DNA of 64,000 bases, taken from assembly GCA_051294375.1 (NCBI GenBank), contig CM119269.1, positions 1,380,537 to 1,444,536 on the forward strand, given 5' to 3'. The notes under the pieces were generated by a model. The model did not search any database and was not told the origin of the DNA. It saw only the letters and a list, made by a program, of their open reading frames with translations. Positions 11,235-30,590 of this stretch are shown in pieces. Source of the DNA: Paraspadella gotoi (taxonomy: Eukaryota; Animalia; Chaetognatha). The translations under genes and the position numbers were made by a program. Numbering within the stretch: the first letter of the stretch is position 1; every line of letters starts with the position of its first letter.

Positions 11235-14200
11235 TGATAGAACTCCATCTCCTCGACATTTCCGTCTCCATCTAAATCCGCCCTCCTGAAGACTCCCTCG
11301 ATCTCTCCGTCAGTGTAGCCCAGATCCTTCAGCAACTTGGCGAGTTCCGGCTGTAGATTATAATTGATATTATTATGCGTTTTACTTCGAATTCAACAAG
11401 GTTGATTAAGTACATACATTATTGTTCTAAATTTCTAATCAAACATAAAAAAAACAAACTTAAACTGAACAAACTTTACCTTTGACAAAGCTTCGTTTTT
11501 ATTTTCGTCGTATTTTTGAAAGAACTCTTTGACTTGAAGCAAGAGGCCGACGTTGACGAATTCCTGCCTCGAGATGGTTTCGTTCCCGTCCAAATCCAAG
11601 TATTCCAAAACTTTTTTTATCTGTTAAATTGAAATTGTCCAAAAAACTTCAAAAGGAAAATTGTTATTTTTTTTAGGTGTACCAGTCGGAAAAACTTCGG
11701 ATATAACGTTAGCTGGTCGTGTAAAGTTGTTAAAAATATGTCATATGTAACTGTCAAATAAAATAAATAAATAAAATTCCCANNNNNNNNNNNNNNNNNN
11801 NNNNNNNACAAAACGTAATTCCTTTTTTTCTTTCAATCAATGAATATTTTACAAATGTAAAAACAATCGTAAATCAAAAACAGAGACGAAGTTATGGCTA
11901 ATTTCTAAAATTGGAGATTGATACTCTCGGTATCTCTCACGCCCCTAATCAGACCCCCATGACCCCCTAAACCCCCCTTCCCTCATTCCCCTCCCCCCCT
12001 ACCAACCACCACCTTCACCTCTACGTTCTCGCTTCCCGCCAACTGCGCCAACTCGTCCGCCATCAGGAATCCGTTTCCGTCGGAGTCGACGGCGTCGAAC
12101 TGAGTCGACAGAATCTCGATGATCTTCGATCCCAAGGTCTGCGTCGGCGGCGGCGTCGGTTCCGGCGTCGGCCCCGGCGGCGGTCGGGTCGTCGTCGTCG
12201 TCGTCGGCGCCGTCGTGAGTGACTTCGTAGATGTCGTCGTAGTCTGCGGAAAATGGGAAGGTTTTAATACATTATATATATATCTCTCTCTCTCTTCTCC
12301 TCTCCTCCTCTCACCCGCGATGACATCAACATGGCGTTGATGAATTCCATCTGATCAATCTCTCCACTCTTGTCTCTCTCTCTCTCTTTTTCTCTCTCTC
12401 TTCAAATCAAATCAATCTCTCTCACCCACGATGAACATCAATATGGCGTTGATGAATTCTATCTGATCGATCTCTCCACTCTTGTCTCTCTCTCTCTCTT
12501 TTTCTCTCTCTCTCTCTCTCTCACCCGCGATGAACATCAACATGGCGTTGATGAATTCCATCTGATCAATCTCTCCACTCTTGTCTCTCTCTCTCTCTTT
12601 TTCTCTCTCTCTCTCTCTCACCCGCCGATGAACATCAACATGGCGTTGATGATTCCATCTGATCAATCTCTCCGCTTTTGTCTCCGTCGGATCGACGAAA
12701 GATTTCGAGGGCGAACTTTTTGGAGAATCCCATCTCCTTCATGGCGGCCACGAATTCTCGCGGTCGAGGGCGCTGAAGAGAATCGATGAAGTGGGTCTTG
12801 GTTTAATATCGAGATCACTTTACATTCAAATTCAAGACTAATTGTAACAAAGCAAGAATTGGTCATTGTCGAATTGGTCATTTACAGGTTTAATTCGAAA
12901 TTAGAGATCCGTTATAGGGTGTATTATTTTAAGATGTTCTACTTATATATATATCCTTAACCTGGGATTTTCTCCCAGCTTGTGACAAGACCAACTTAGG
13001 AGAAAATAGTGTCACATTTCCTTTGTAATCATCAAGTAAAACAAGTAACCGCCGTTAATTGGATCACTAAAGTCAAATACTATCCGCAAACACTAGTCAT
13101 CATATAATTCTATAGGATCCATGACCAACAGGTCAATTTTTTTATAATAATATACCGCCTCACGTCCACCATTGTTCGGACCAATACCATTGGCTCAGAG
13201 GGGGAACACACCAATCCCAGGCGTTTGTTTCCATCCACAGTCCTAACGACCTTCCCTCTGCGTTGGCAAAGCGAGACCATCTTCGGTAACCGCGGCCAGT
13301 GACTGGAGGCGTCACTGGAGGGTCAAAGCTCCAAAGCCAACAGTGAAGAAGCCCCGTCCCATGGGCATCACAAGCCACAACCCGGCGCCTTACCCAGAAT
13401 CATCGGTGGTCAGCGACGCGAAACTTTTGAATTGGACAGAAGCAAAAGGCCGACTTTGCGGAATTCGTCTCGAGTCGAGACGTTGTCGCCGGCGGCGTCG
13501 TAGAAGCGGAGGAATGGACTCCGCCTGGAGGTGGTCTGAAAGAAGTTAGAAAGAGGGTTTGTTTCGCCAGTCTGTTTCCAGTTGTTGCGACAGTCGATAG
13601 TCAGTCTTTAACGATATCAAACAAGCTCGGACCCACCCGTCTCGTAAAGTTCTTGAAGAGTTCCTGCAGTTCGATCTGCATCGTCCTCGTCGGTGTCGAG
13701 CGCGTTCGAATCGTCGTCGAGGTCTTCGATGATTCCGGCGTTCCGATCGTCACGATCTGCGACGAGGAGTTTGGGATGTTCAGACGGGATGGTTGAAGAA
13801 AAGTGGCGGAGATTTGAATGATATTAGTTGGGTTAAGGATGAAGAGGAAATGATAACGAGGACTAATTATGAAATAACAGTCCGTCGGTACGGAAGAAAA
13901 TTATAATTTTTTATAATTGTCTAATTGTCGTATTTATAATACGTATTATTGATTAGGCGGAATTAAAAAAATCGGGAATCGGTCATTGGAAAAACTTACC
14001 GGAGGCGGCATGTCTGAATCTGCAAGCGATGAGACCAGGATAATAATAAAAAAAGCTTTACTAATTTGTTTTTGTCGTTGTTGTTGTTGTTTTGAAATTT
14101 AGGGCACATTTTTGCAATAGGGAACGCCGAATGTTTTGTAAACCGAAGGCTGAACTTTGTCGTCTTGTCCGAACAAGAAAATGACCCTGGGCCCACGATA

Positions 14201-14389
14201 TCAGCCGTCGCCTCACCCAGTTGAAATGGAAATCCGGTTTCGAGGCGGGAGTGGAGGTAAGTTATTTCCGGAAATTTCTTTTTAAGTCAAAAGTAATGGG
14301 TTTTTTTTTTTAGATCGCGTCAAGCTGAAGGTATAACTCGATCTATGTCGACGCTTCTGTCTTACAGGCTTCAGCATTGGAGAGAGAGA

Positions 14390-14420
<31 letters not shown>

Positions 14421-14900
14421 GAGAGAGAGAGTAAGAGAGAGAGAAGAGAGAGAGAGAAAGAGAGGAGAGAGGGAACTTTCCCAAGTCTTAAGCGCTCTTT
14501 CTCGGTCCTTTCTGGACACAGCGAGACCTTTCCTCTTCCCTCCTGTTCACACCGAAGAGATCTGGAATCAAGGGTTCGAAACTGAGAATTAAATCGTAAA
14601 TAAAATATTCATCGTTTGATCATTAATGTACAGTAAACAACCTTTGAACATTGCCATTCTAATGAGTGAGCATTTCATCGATAAATAAAAAATGTTTAAA
14701 ACATCTAAACCATAAATAAATCTTTTTCCTCTTCCTTCTCGTCGCTCCTCCGCTCCTTGCTTCCTTTGGCTGCATTTTTCTCCTCATCCTGGAATCGTCA
14801 TACGAATGGCAATGACTTTAACTGTTTCAGCGCCGCCACTTACCCATCCCTAGATCCCTTCGCTTTGTATTTTGTTTCTGGCCTTTCCTTGGCTCACGAA
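9199..14900 (-). CDS. Multi-exon EF-hand protein (two 4-EF-hand modules, Thr/Pro linker, non-EF C-terminal region); 5' end uncertain
   Basis: Loops [96 protein letters not shown]; exons near 13640-13757, 13392-13535, 12623-12774, 12019-12243, 11480-11620, 11234-11350, 10990-11096, 10753-10856, 10217-10332, 9623-9779, 9199-9255. Exons above 12690 were read using the cleaner copy at 18773-21400. Confidence 0.75.
12313..12676 (-). repeat. 4 tandem copies of an exon 3' end + GT donor + GA tract
   Basis: Each unit encodes [18 protein letters not shown](A) followed by GTGAG and a (GA)n tract on the minus strand. Confidence 0.9.
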
Positions 14901-15180
14901 AACGATCGCCTAGCGAAAGTCGTCGTCGCGACGGCTCAAATCGTAATTATTACAAATTTAGATAACTGAGAAGTTGCGGCAGCGCAAATCGATAAGATAC
15001 CTCGAATCTAAAATCGATAAAATATGTGCAATTCTTATTCACTCCGAGCTACACTTTGCTCGTCCCGTAAACTTTAAAGACTCGTGCAAACTAAAAACAA
15101 AACGTAAATATCAAATGTTTTAAATGAAGTAAATAATCGCAAACGACGAAAAACAATCTCTTTTTCCTACGATCTCGAAA

Positions 15181-16857
15181 ATGAATCTCTTCCACCGAAC
15201 TTGTCGAAGTCTTTGCCGTCAGTTGCTCGTCTTCTTCGTCGTCATCTGTCGTCGTTTCGTTTCCCGATCCAAAGGAGTGACCATCCCGACGCAGACGCAC
15301 GGATGCAAGAGACCTCTACCCCTCAGCCACCTCTTCGCCGGACGCCCAACCATTCCCCCGTGCAACACACCCGTTTTGCGGTGCCCCTCTATCCCCGCCC
15401 GCCTCCGCCGCCAGCAAGACGCGGGAGGCCGGAACACGTTTCCCAACTTTTCCGAAGGCCTATTCCGTCTCGTTCAAGCGCGGGTAAAGGAAAGGGGTAC
15501 AAAAGTGAGTCACTTTTTCACATTTTAAATATCACTAATATGGTTCGTTAATGTGAAACACGCATTTTTTGTTTTTCCGAACGTAATTTTTCTTGTCTTG
15601 TCGCATTGGTTATTTTCCAGTTCTGTAGTCGGATGCTTTAATTTCTCTACTATATAACTCGCCAACCTGTCATCATTACCATTAAACTTATCAATAGTCC
15701 TTTTCCCGTCCCTCTCTGACTCGTTCACCAGTTAACGGCGCCAATATTCAACTACTGGAGGATTTTGACGCCGACCTGACATAGGTTCGCGCCGGTTTCA
15801 TGACGTCTACTACCCGGATGGAGATTTTCATATCTGAACCCGGCATTAGGGAATTGGTATTTGGTCGAGGGAAAAGACTGTCGGACGATCAGCCTTTCAA
15901 CTTCAACGGGTGAGGTGAGTTAGAAAGAAAAAGATAGGGCGACAAGTCGAGGGAATTCTCACATCTTTCAAATAATTAAACATCGGCGGCGAATATCAAT
16001 GTCTACATAGTTAAGTCTTAGCTTCTTTCTAACATACATCAATCCAGAATCTATTCCTCCTCCCCAACTCTCGTTGTCTTGACGACCAAGATCGGCGTCC
16101 ATTATTCCCGATCTCCGCTTCTTCTTCGCCCAAAGTCTCGTCATCAACTTTGGCTTCGACGAATACTCGTCCTTCGGAGACTCGAAGCCGTCGCCAAGCG
16201 GTTCGTGGGTCTGGCGACGGAGGTTTTCCGAGGGGCTGCAGGTGGGAGAAGTGGAGCGCCTGCGTCCACGACGGACGAAACTGTCCCAAGATGACACGAC
16301 TCCTCATGAAGTTGATGGATGACAGGGGATGTCCGGGATGCTGTTGTCGGGACAAACTCATGGTGTTGTGACATGTTAGATAAAATCTTGTGGAACATTT
16401 CCATTGATTGATTTGTCAATTTAAATGAAAAAAAAATTCATTAATATCCCCTCGTACGTCACTTTGTTGATAACCATTTTCTTCCTTCCAACTATCCTAA
16501 GGTGAAAATTAATAAAATTTTAATAGCAGAGGTGTTGGGTACTGTACTCTGCGTAGTTTATTAATTGGATTATCAAGATGTATAGTAATTTAATAAATTT
16601 AAATAGGAAGAGAAAAATGGTTTTAAAATCCGTTTCACAGTCACGTTCTCCTATCCTTACAGTTGGAATACTATTTTTTCGTCGCTCAAGATGCGCAAGA
16701 GTCCCCTACGAGTCGACGTCAGCGCAAAACAAAAGACGGGCTTAGGCAGAGATTTTGAGTATAGTCTCGAATTTTACTTTTTTACGGAACCCAAAAGGTA
16801 GTTGAAAATAGCGAAAGTTGATAACTGTTTTAAGCATTCTCCATAGCCATGCATTCT

Positions 16858-16921
<64 letters not shown>

Positions 16922-18226
16922 TCTCTCTCTCTCTCTCTCATGCCGTGCGCCCTTTACGCCCGGAACGGCTCTTCAACTTCCCCGGGGTCTTCTGCGAGAT
17001 GAAGAGCTACCCGGTCTAAGCGCTTTACCACGCGAACATCGCGCCGATTTTATTCTCTCAAGTCCGGAAGGCGTCGTCATGAAGTCAACTTGGACGAGAG
17101 CCGATCGCATCAACTACAAGGAAATACTATGACCGCTGCATCAAGGTGTGCCTCGTCGTTTTGCCGTTCTGTCTTTTACAGCTTGGCCGAGATCAAAGCA
17201 AGCTTGGGTCTTTCTTTCTTTCTATCTTTCTTTCTGACGATGTCACTGCTGTTTTGCACAACTTGAGATCATCTTCCTGGCAGGCTTTGTTGTTGCTTTT
17301 GTCATTTTTTTCGTTTCTTGTGCTGTCGTTAGAAGGCCTAATTATGGGGTTAGTTACCATTTGGCTGTGGTTAATTCGTCGTGACGCAGCTGTTTTTAAC
17401 ATCTTGGCTTTGCTCAGTGACGAAATCCTCGAAAATATTGTTGCAGATCGCAAACGATTTCCTAAAACCCTCTCCACTCGGCACAATCTTCGCTCATCCT
17501 GCTTAGTAGTAAATACTCACCCACCGCTCACCAACTCACCCATTTCAGGTCTACCGACGCGACTTTCCGCCAACCGCGACCTCCTCCTCACCTTCGGCGC
17601 GGACGAGCTCAGCCTCATCCAAGATTCAACCACGGCGTCGAGTATTTCGTCGACATCCTCAACGGAAACTGCACGGGACCGAGATGGATTTCAGAGTGAG
17701 GATTGCAGTTCATAGTTAGATTGTAAATTGTACAATGTACAATGTACAATTTAATGTACAATGTACATTGTACGTTTGGTAGAAGCACGAGAATCTCGGA
17801 CCGATTATTGGGCATATGTTAATTGTATTAGGAAAAGAGGTTCACAGCTTCTTTTGTATACACGTATTTGAAAAGTTTTTACCATTCGTCTAGAGATGAT
17901 TTTGGGAAAACATCTTTTCTAACTGATGGTAAACTTTGACTAAAATTTTATATAAATTAAGTTTAAATCACGGTATTGAATGAAGAACATGTTTGAACAT
18001 TGTTTTATTGCCTAATTAAAAAGCCCTCAGCCCCTTGCCTCCCAACTCTCAGCAACCGCATGTATTCCGTGGGCAAATTGGACGACTCCCACAAAGCAAC
18101 GATGATGTCGACAGAGGAAATGTTTAATTTCCGTCAAAGCAGAATGTCCACGTGTTGGAAGGAGGAAGACCAGAGGCCTCGATAGCGATGTGTGGATCGC
18201 CAGCGACAGCAGCCGAGGGACGGAGG
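15181..18226 (+). pseudogene. Frameshifted partial copy of the 21629 gene (likely artefactual duplicate)
   Basis: Same exons as 21629-24629 with scattered single-base indels; lacks the 3' exons. Confidence 0.6.
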
Positions 18227-18772
18227 TCAGTTTTTTTTTTTTTTTAGACGCTTGACCGGTGGGTTTCTCTTCTTGAATAAGTTGTATAAGTTAATTAACA
18301 ATTTTCAGCGATTAACATAGTTAACAGCCTGCTTCGGCAATAGTTAAGAAAACTCCGGGTGGCTTAAAAATTCCTCAACCTTTCAAGGAGTTCATAGTGC
18401 CGGAGACAAGTTATTCGTTTTCAACTCAAGGTCATGGGTCTAGCCCGGTGGGCCGACTGGGCAGTAGGGAGGGAGGGGCGCTTAAAGACCGCACGTAACC
18501 TGGTGTTGATAGCCTTATCCGAGACTGCTCAGTGCTCACAGTTATGCTGAACGTTCTATCACGTTGTCGCCGGCGGCGTCGTAGAAGCGGAGGATGGACT
18601 CCGCCTGGAGGTGGTCTGAAAGAAGTTAGAAAGAGGGTTTGTTTCGCCAGTTGTTTCCAGTTGTTTGACAGTCGACAGTCAGTCTTTAACGATATCAACA
18701 CGCTCGACCAACCCGTCTCCTAAAGCTTGAAGAGTTCCTGCAGTTTGATCTCATCAACAACGNNNNNNNNNN

Positions 18773-20860
18773 ATCGACGAAAGATTTCGAGGGCGAACTT
18801 TTTGGAGAATCCCATCTCCTTCATGGCGGCCACGAATTCTCCGCGGTCGAGGGCGCTGAAGGAGAATCGATGAAGTGGGTCTTGGTTTAATATCGAGATC
18901 ACTTTACATTCAATTCAAGACTAATTGTAACAAAGCAAGAATTGGTCATTGGTCGAATTGGTCATTTACAGGTTTAATTCGAAATTAGAGATCCGTTATA
19001 GGGTGTATTATTTTAAATGTTCTACTTATATATATATCCTTAACCTGGGATTTTCTCCCAGCTTGTGACAAGACCAACTTAGGAGAAATAAGTGTCACAT
19101 TTCCTTTGTAATCATCAAGTAAAACAAGTAACCGCCGTTAATTGGATCACTAAAGTCAAATACTATCCGCAAACACTAGTCATCATATAATTCTATAGGT
19201 ATGACCAACAGGTCAATTTTTTTATAATAATATACCGCCTCACGTCCACCATTGTTCAGCCAATACCATTGGCTCAGAGGGGGAACACACAATCCCAGGC
19301 GTTGTGTTCCATCCACAGTCCTAACGACTTCCCTCTGCGTTGGCAAAGCGACACCATCTTCGGGTAACCGCGCCAGTGACTGGAGACGTCACTGAGGGTC
19401 ACAAGCTCCCAAAGCCAACAGTGAGAAGCCCCGTCCCAATGGGCATCACAAGCAACCCGGCCTTACCCAGAATCATCGGTGTCAGCGACGCGAAACTTTT
19501 GATTGGACAGAAGCAAAAGGCCGACTTTGCGGAATTCGTCTCGATCGATAACGTTGTCGCCGGCGGCGTCGTAGAAGCGGAGGATGGACTCCGCCTGGAG
19601 GTGGTCTGAAAGAAGTTAGAAAGAGGGTTTGTTTCGCCAGTTGTTTCCAGTTGTTTGACAGTCGACAGTCAGTCTTTAACGATATCAACACGCTCGACCA
19701 ACCCGTCTCCTAAAGCTTGAAGAGTTCCTGCAGTTTGATCTCATCAACAACGATATCAACAAGCTCAACCAACTGGTCTCGTAAAGCTTGAAGAGTTCCT
19801 GCAGTTCGATCTCATCAACAACGATATCAACAAGCTCAACCAACTGGTCTCGTAAAGCTTGAAAAGTTCCTGCAGTTCGATCTCATCAACAACGATATCA
19901 ACAAGCTCAACCAACTGGTCTCGTAAAGCTTGAAGAGTTCCTGCAGTTCGATCTCATCAACAACGATATCAACAAGCTTGACCAATCGGTCTCATAAAGC
20001 TTGAAGAGTTCCTGCAGTTCGATCTCATCAACAACGATATCAACAAGCTCGACCCACCCATCTTGTAAAGCTTGAAGAGTTCCTGCAGTTTGATCTCATA
20101 AACAATAATATCAACAAGCTCGACCCACCCGTCTCGTAAGGCCTGAAGAGTTCCTGCAGTTCGATCTCATCGTCCTCGTCGGTGTCGAGCGCGTCGAATC
20201 GTCGGTCGAGGTCTTCGATGATTCGGCGTCCGATCGTCACGATCTGCGACGAGGAGTTTGGGAGGCGCAGACGGGATGGTTGAAGGAAGAAGTGGCGGAG
20301 ATTTGAATGATATTAGTTGGGTTAAGGATGAGAGGAAATGAATAACGAGGACTAATTATGAAATAACAGTCCGTCGGTACGGAAGAAATTATAATTTTAA
20401 TAATTGTCTAATTGTCGTATTTATAATACGTATTATTGATTAGCGGAATTAAAAAAATCGGGGAATCGGTCATTGGAAAAAACTTACCGGAGGCGGCATG
20501 TCTGAATCTGCAGCGATGAGACCAGGATAATAAATAAAAAAAGCTTTACTAATTTGTTTTTGTCGTTGTTGTTGTTGTTTGAATTTTAGCAATTTTTGCA
20601 ATCGTGGAACGCCGAATGTTTTGTAAAGCGAAAGGCTGAACTTGTCGTCTGTCCGAACAAGAAAATGACCCTGGCCACGATATCAAGCCGTGCGCTCACC
20701 CAGTTGAAATGGAAATCCGGTTTCGAGGCGGGAGTGGAGGTAAGTGATTTCCGGAAATTTCTTTTTAAGTCAAAAGTAATGGTTTTTTTTTTTAGATCGG
20801 CAAGCTGGAAGGTAATTACCGATCTATGTCGACGCTATCTGTCTTACAGCTCTCAGCATT

Positions 20861-20923
<63 letters not shown>

Positions 20924-21400
20924 CTTTCCCAGTCTTAAGCGCTCTTCTCGGTCCTTTCTGGACACAGCGAGACCTTTCCTCTTCCCTCTGTTCAAACACC
21001 TGAAGAGATCTGGAATCAGGTTCGAACTGAGATTAAATCGTAAATAAAATATTCATCGTTTGTCGTTATGTACATTAAACAACCTCTTGACATTGCCATT
21101 CTAATTGAGTGAGCATTTCATCGATAATAAAAAATGTTTAAAACATCTAAACCCATAAATAAATCTTTTTTCCTCTTCCTTCTCGTTGCTCCTCCCTCCT
21201 TGCTTCCTTTGCCTGCATTTTCTCCTCATCCTGGAATCGTCATACGATGCAAGTGACTTACCTGTTTCAGACGCCGCCACTTACCCATCCCTAGATTCCC
21301 TTCGCTTTTGTATTTTGTTTCTGGCCTTTCCTTGGCTCACGAAACGATCGCCTAGCGGAAGTCGTCGACGCGATTGCTCAAATCGTAAATTATTACAAAT
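18773..21400 (-). CDS. Second (cleaner) copy of the 5' half of the EF-hand gene
   Basis: Exons ~21284-21340, ~20925-21009, 20699-20759, 20488-20507, ~20130-20244, ~19466-19605, 18773-18855 chain as ...[58 protein letters not shown]...; start codon not identified. Confidence 0.6.
19680..20170 (-). repeat. 71 bp tandem array (~7 units) spanning an EF-hand exon end and donor site
   Basis: Minus-strand unit GATGAGATCGAACTGCAGGAACTCTTCAAGCTTTACGAGACCAGTTGGTTGAGCTTGTTGATATCGTTGTT includes codons [14 protein letters not shown] plus the GT donor. Confidence 0.9.
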
Positions 21401-21628
21401 TAGATAAGATTATTATAAATTAGATGAGAGTGGCGGCGGCGCAAATTCGATAGATACTCGAATCTAAATCGATAAATATTGCAATTCTTATTCACTCCGA
21501 GCTAATTTGCTCGTCCCGTAAACTTTAAAGACTCGTGCAAACTAAAACAACAACGCAATATCAAATGTTTAATGAAGTAATATAATCGCAAAACGCGAAA
21601 AACTAATCTCTTTTCCTACGATCTCAAA

Positions 21629-26797
<5,169 letters not shown>

Positions 26798-27346
26798 AAT
26801 TGCTTCATGCTGATTTTTTCGCTATTTTCGACCTTCGAAGAACACTGCTATAAGTTCCATGCAGTGATTTCATTCATCGAAAATAACAGTAATTCAAAAA
26901 GTTGTAGATTTATTGGTTTATTTTACGTAAATAAGTTTTGATTTAAAAGTGTAGGCCATGTTTAGGACCCCGTCAAAACAATTTACACGTCTCATTAATA
27001 TTTTTAATATCACTTTTAAAGAGCTATTACTTTTCGTAACATAATAAACTGCATCCTTACTACATGGAGTCATTTTGTCTAAGCTAAAGATATCTTTTGT
27101 AAAAATTTTCTTGCAGCGAGTTACCTTGCCTTTAGGATTTGTGTTGTACACAGAAAAGGGTTACTTATAAGAATCTGCCTTCCTTGCAGATTATTAGAAT
27201 CGGTTTGGTCGCATGTCCGGTAGGGCATCGGACCCACAGTTTGCTTCTCTAATTTTATTTTCGACGTATTTTTAGAATCGAATCGAGAAATATTTTGTTT
27301 CTTTTCGATATATCGAACTTCGATCTCTCATGTAAGGCGACGAGAT

Positions 27347-28084
27347 AAACAAGTTTGAGCAAACAATGTCGGATCTGCCCACGATCATTATCGGTAATTA
27401 ATTAATTAATAATTAATTAATATTAATTAATTCAAGTTAATTAATAAATAATTTATTCAAGTTAATTATTTAAATAATTAGGCAATTAATTAATTAATTT
27501 TATCAGAAATGTTAGTTTTGATTGATTGATTGATTAAATGACTAATTGATTAATTAACTGATTAATTATTCGATTAACTAATACATCTTGCATTTACATT
27601 TAAAAAAAAAAGAAAAAGAAGCATAATCAATTAGTGAAATAGGTTCTTTGTTCTATTTAAAGGATTTCATCGAAACTTGATTTCCAGTTTAATCACTTTT
27701 TTACCCAAATACAAAATTTCAAGTCAATCGCCCTATCCACTCATGAGTAATTGGTATTCAAATAGTGAAATATATTTTTTTTGTTTTTTCTATTTAAACT
27801 CATTTTCACTCGGACGATTCCATCAAAACTTCATATCCAGCTCAATCACACACTTCCCTACCCACACACAAAATTTCATTCCAATCCATCCATCCAATCA
27901 CGAGTAATTGGTGTTTTTGCTAAGGTGGGATGGACGGATGGACAGACGGACAAACATCGCATAATTTATCATAATTCGATGTTCTGACATGTATAAGTGA
28001 GTGCCCGACAATATTTAGGGGGCGGACCGACGTACCGACAAAGTGAATTATAGAGTCGGGATCTGCTTCCAGCAGATCCGACTA
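27347..28084 (-). mobile_element. Non-autonomous Helentron (DINE-1/HINE-like), copy 1
   Basis: Subterminal IR TCGGATCTGC/GCAGATCCGA, terminal hairpin AGTCGGGATCTGCT-TCC-AGCAGATCCGACT, (GTCY)n-type tract at ~27928-27952, A/T-run flanks; homologous to 32191-32986. Confidence 0.7.
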
Positions 28085-28437
28085 AAAACCGGTTCCTTCA
28101 GAAGTAGTTATACTTAACAACCAGTTTTCTTCTGCTCTTCTAGCAATGGGCGAAAAAAAAAAACCATTTAAAAAGTGATAATGAAGTGAACTATATGCAT
28201 GTAATATTATTTTTTATAAATTTTTATGCTTGCATTTCATTTCTTTTTAATATTTTTTTAAACCGAATTTCATATCCTCGTTAAGAAAAAGGGTCATTCA
28301 AATCAACTTCAAAATGGAGTACAAATTCAGAAAGCTGAGCTCCTGGCGATTCCGAAAATATATTCACTTTAAACATTTAATGCATTCTAGCCCATTTTAT
28401 ATCGGTTTTAATTATAGAATAAAATAAAAGAAACCTA

Positions 28438-28697
28438 TCTGAAGAGTTGCAGGTCAAACGAAAAGGCCAATCCATCTGATATTTTTTATGAATTTTTTAT
28501 TACTGAATTAGAAAAATGTAATAGAGAGACATTTTTAAATTTCAACTTGTATCCTTGAAAATGAAACGTTTTTAAACTTTCTAACTGGAACGGGTTTATC
28601 AAAATGTCTCTCTATTACATTTTTACAAATGTTTTTAAGATTGCTAATCATATTTTAATTCAATAATATTGCAGTCGTTTAGGCTGCAACTCTTCAA
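28438..28697. mobile_element. Small foldback/MITE-like element
   Basis: TGAAGAGTTGCAG...CTGCAACTCTTCA outer IR and AATGTAATAGAGAGACATTTT...AAAATGTCTCTCTATTACATT inner IR. Confidence 0.65.
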
Positions 28698-28828
28698 TTC
28701 AGTGTAGATTCATTGTGTTCATGACTGGAAAACCAACAGAGTAACGAGATTAATTGTTTAATTCTCCCCTTCTAAACTATCCCATACTGTGTTTTAACAT
28801 CTTACCTAGAATTTTTTAACAACCAGAT

Positions 28829-29874
28829 TAAGGGGTGAACTTAGGTAATATTTGCCTGATTAACTGAGCAAAGTGTTTCTGAAATTGCCTAGGTAAAGAA
28901 ATGATTTTCTTAATAAAATATAGGCAATTTCTGAATCAAAATATTTTGCTTATATTTATTTTTAAAGATAAATAAAACAATATATTTTCTTTTATTGTTT
29001 TAATTTCGTTATCAACTATATTTTCAATTTGTTATTACTATATTAAGCCAAAAATACTTTTCCCAGATGGTATGAAATATGATTATCAATAGTAGCATGG
29101 CATTAAGTCTGTAATCTACTTGGCTACTACCAGAACCAGAACCAATAAAATTATTAAGGAAGATTAATTAATTGATATTAATTCATTAATTCATTAATTA
29201 ACAGATAGTAAAGAAATTAGTAATAACAATGAGATGCATACATTTAAAAGATTTGCAATGTACGTAATTCAGTTGTATCCTGATATGATTGACAGATTAA
29301 AACTCGATCAAAGATGATGTAACAATGTACCAAGACTCAAGTCGCCATAAATATTTTGTACTTATTAAAAATGGCAAGCTTAATAGAATTCTATGCAGAA
29401 TATGATATGGATTACTCAATACCTCCAAGCTGATTATATTAAAAATTCGAGCTCTATAAAAGTGATATCTATGGATATAATTTTCAAATATTGTGTTGTT
29501 TCTTTCTTTCGTGTGTTTTTAAGATTTGGGAGAGAAAAGTTTCTTTAACAACAACAACTTTTATTATGATTAAACATACATGGTTTCTGACTTAATTTGC
29601 AAATCTTCATCAGTGCTTATTTAATTTTGATAATACATAATTTTTTGTTTTCACAAGTAAACAGTGAGAAGGATGGAGGGAAGAGAGAGAGAGAGAAAAA
29701 TAAATGTTCTAACAAAGAAATAAAAAAGGACAGTGGTCAGTTTTGAGGATAGGGTAATTTGAGCAGAGAGAGAGAAAGGTGAGGAAAGAAATTAAAATTT
29801 GGCAGAGAGAGAGAGAAAGAGAGATGCAGGGTCAATACATTATACATCTTATACATCTATACTTATACATTTAT

Positions 29875-29906
<32 letters not shown>

Positions 29907-30590
29907 CATCCTTTTACTGTTTACTTCTGAAACAAAAATTATGTACTATCAAAACTAAATTAGCACTGAGTTGCAAATTAAATCAAACATGTATGTTTAA
30001 TCATAATAAAAAACATTGTTGTTAAATTTTTTCCTCTAAAATCCAAAAAAGTTTCTTCTATTTTTCATCATAACAAAGATTTTAACTCAAAATAAAAAAT
30101 GACATCTTTGAAATTCTAAAAATGTTTATCTTAATAAAAACAATTATATAATGGACTCCAACCCCTGTCACCAAACTTGGTTATATAATAATATTTTTAG
30201 CTATTAATTTTATTTTACAAATTATTTTGTCTTTCATTGAAAATATTCTAAAAATATTTGGGCTAAAACAATTGAATTTCAATGTTGAGCAAATTAAAGT
30301 TTTATATTTGATAAAGATTTTGTTAAAATTAATACCGAAAAATATCCTATTTTGTAATTTTTTAATTTTAAATTTAATTTAATATTATTTGGTTTTAATT
30401 ATTTAAGAAAATTATTTCCCTTTTAAATCTTAGCAGAATTAGATCATAAGTTTGTCAGTTATATCTTAGTTTTAAAGATCCTTTCCTCAATTAAAAATTG
30501 CCTACTTTTATTCAGTTAACTACTAGGTAAACCAAAAAATTGTCTATTACTATTTAGAGGAAAAAAGATTTTGCCTAAGTTCACCCCTTA
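28829..30590. mobile_element. Non-autonomous DNA transposon, hAT-like
   Basis: 17 bp perfect TIR TAAGGGGTGAACTTAGG; 8 bp target duplication AACCAGAT at 28821-28828 and 30591-30598; no transposase ORF. Confidence 0.85.
29545..30025. mobile_element. Penelope-type inverted-repeat remnant with degenerate hammerhead, nested in the hAT-like element
   Basis: ~150 bp imperfect inverted arms; minus strand CTGATGAAGATTTGCAAATTAAGTCAGAAACCATGTA; shares AAAGGACAGTGGTCA with the 51831-52320 element. Confidence 0.6.

Noticed and set aside
13160-13378. Cys/Trp-rich ORF as an extra extracellular domain of the EF-hand gene
   Set aside because: Lies in the intron splitting EF-hand 3 and matches a dispersed repeat at 45393.
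12690-18762. True tandem gene duplication with pseudogenisation
   Set aside because: Differences are mostly random 1-nt indels in exons and introns alike, next to an N gap with a jump-back segment; better explained as assembly artefact or haplotig.
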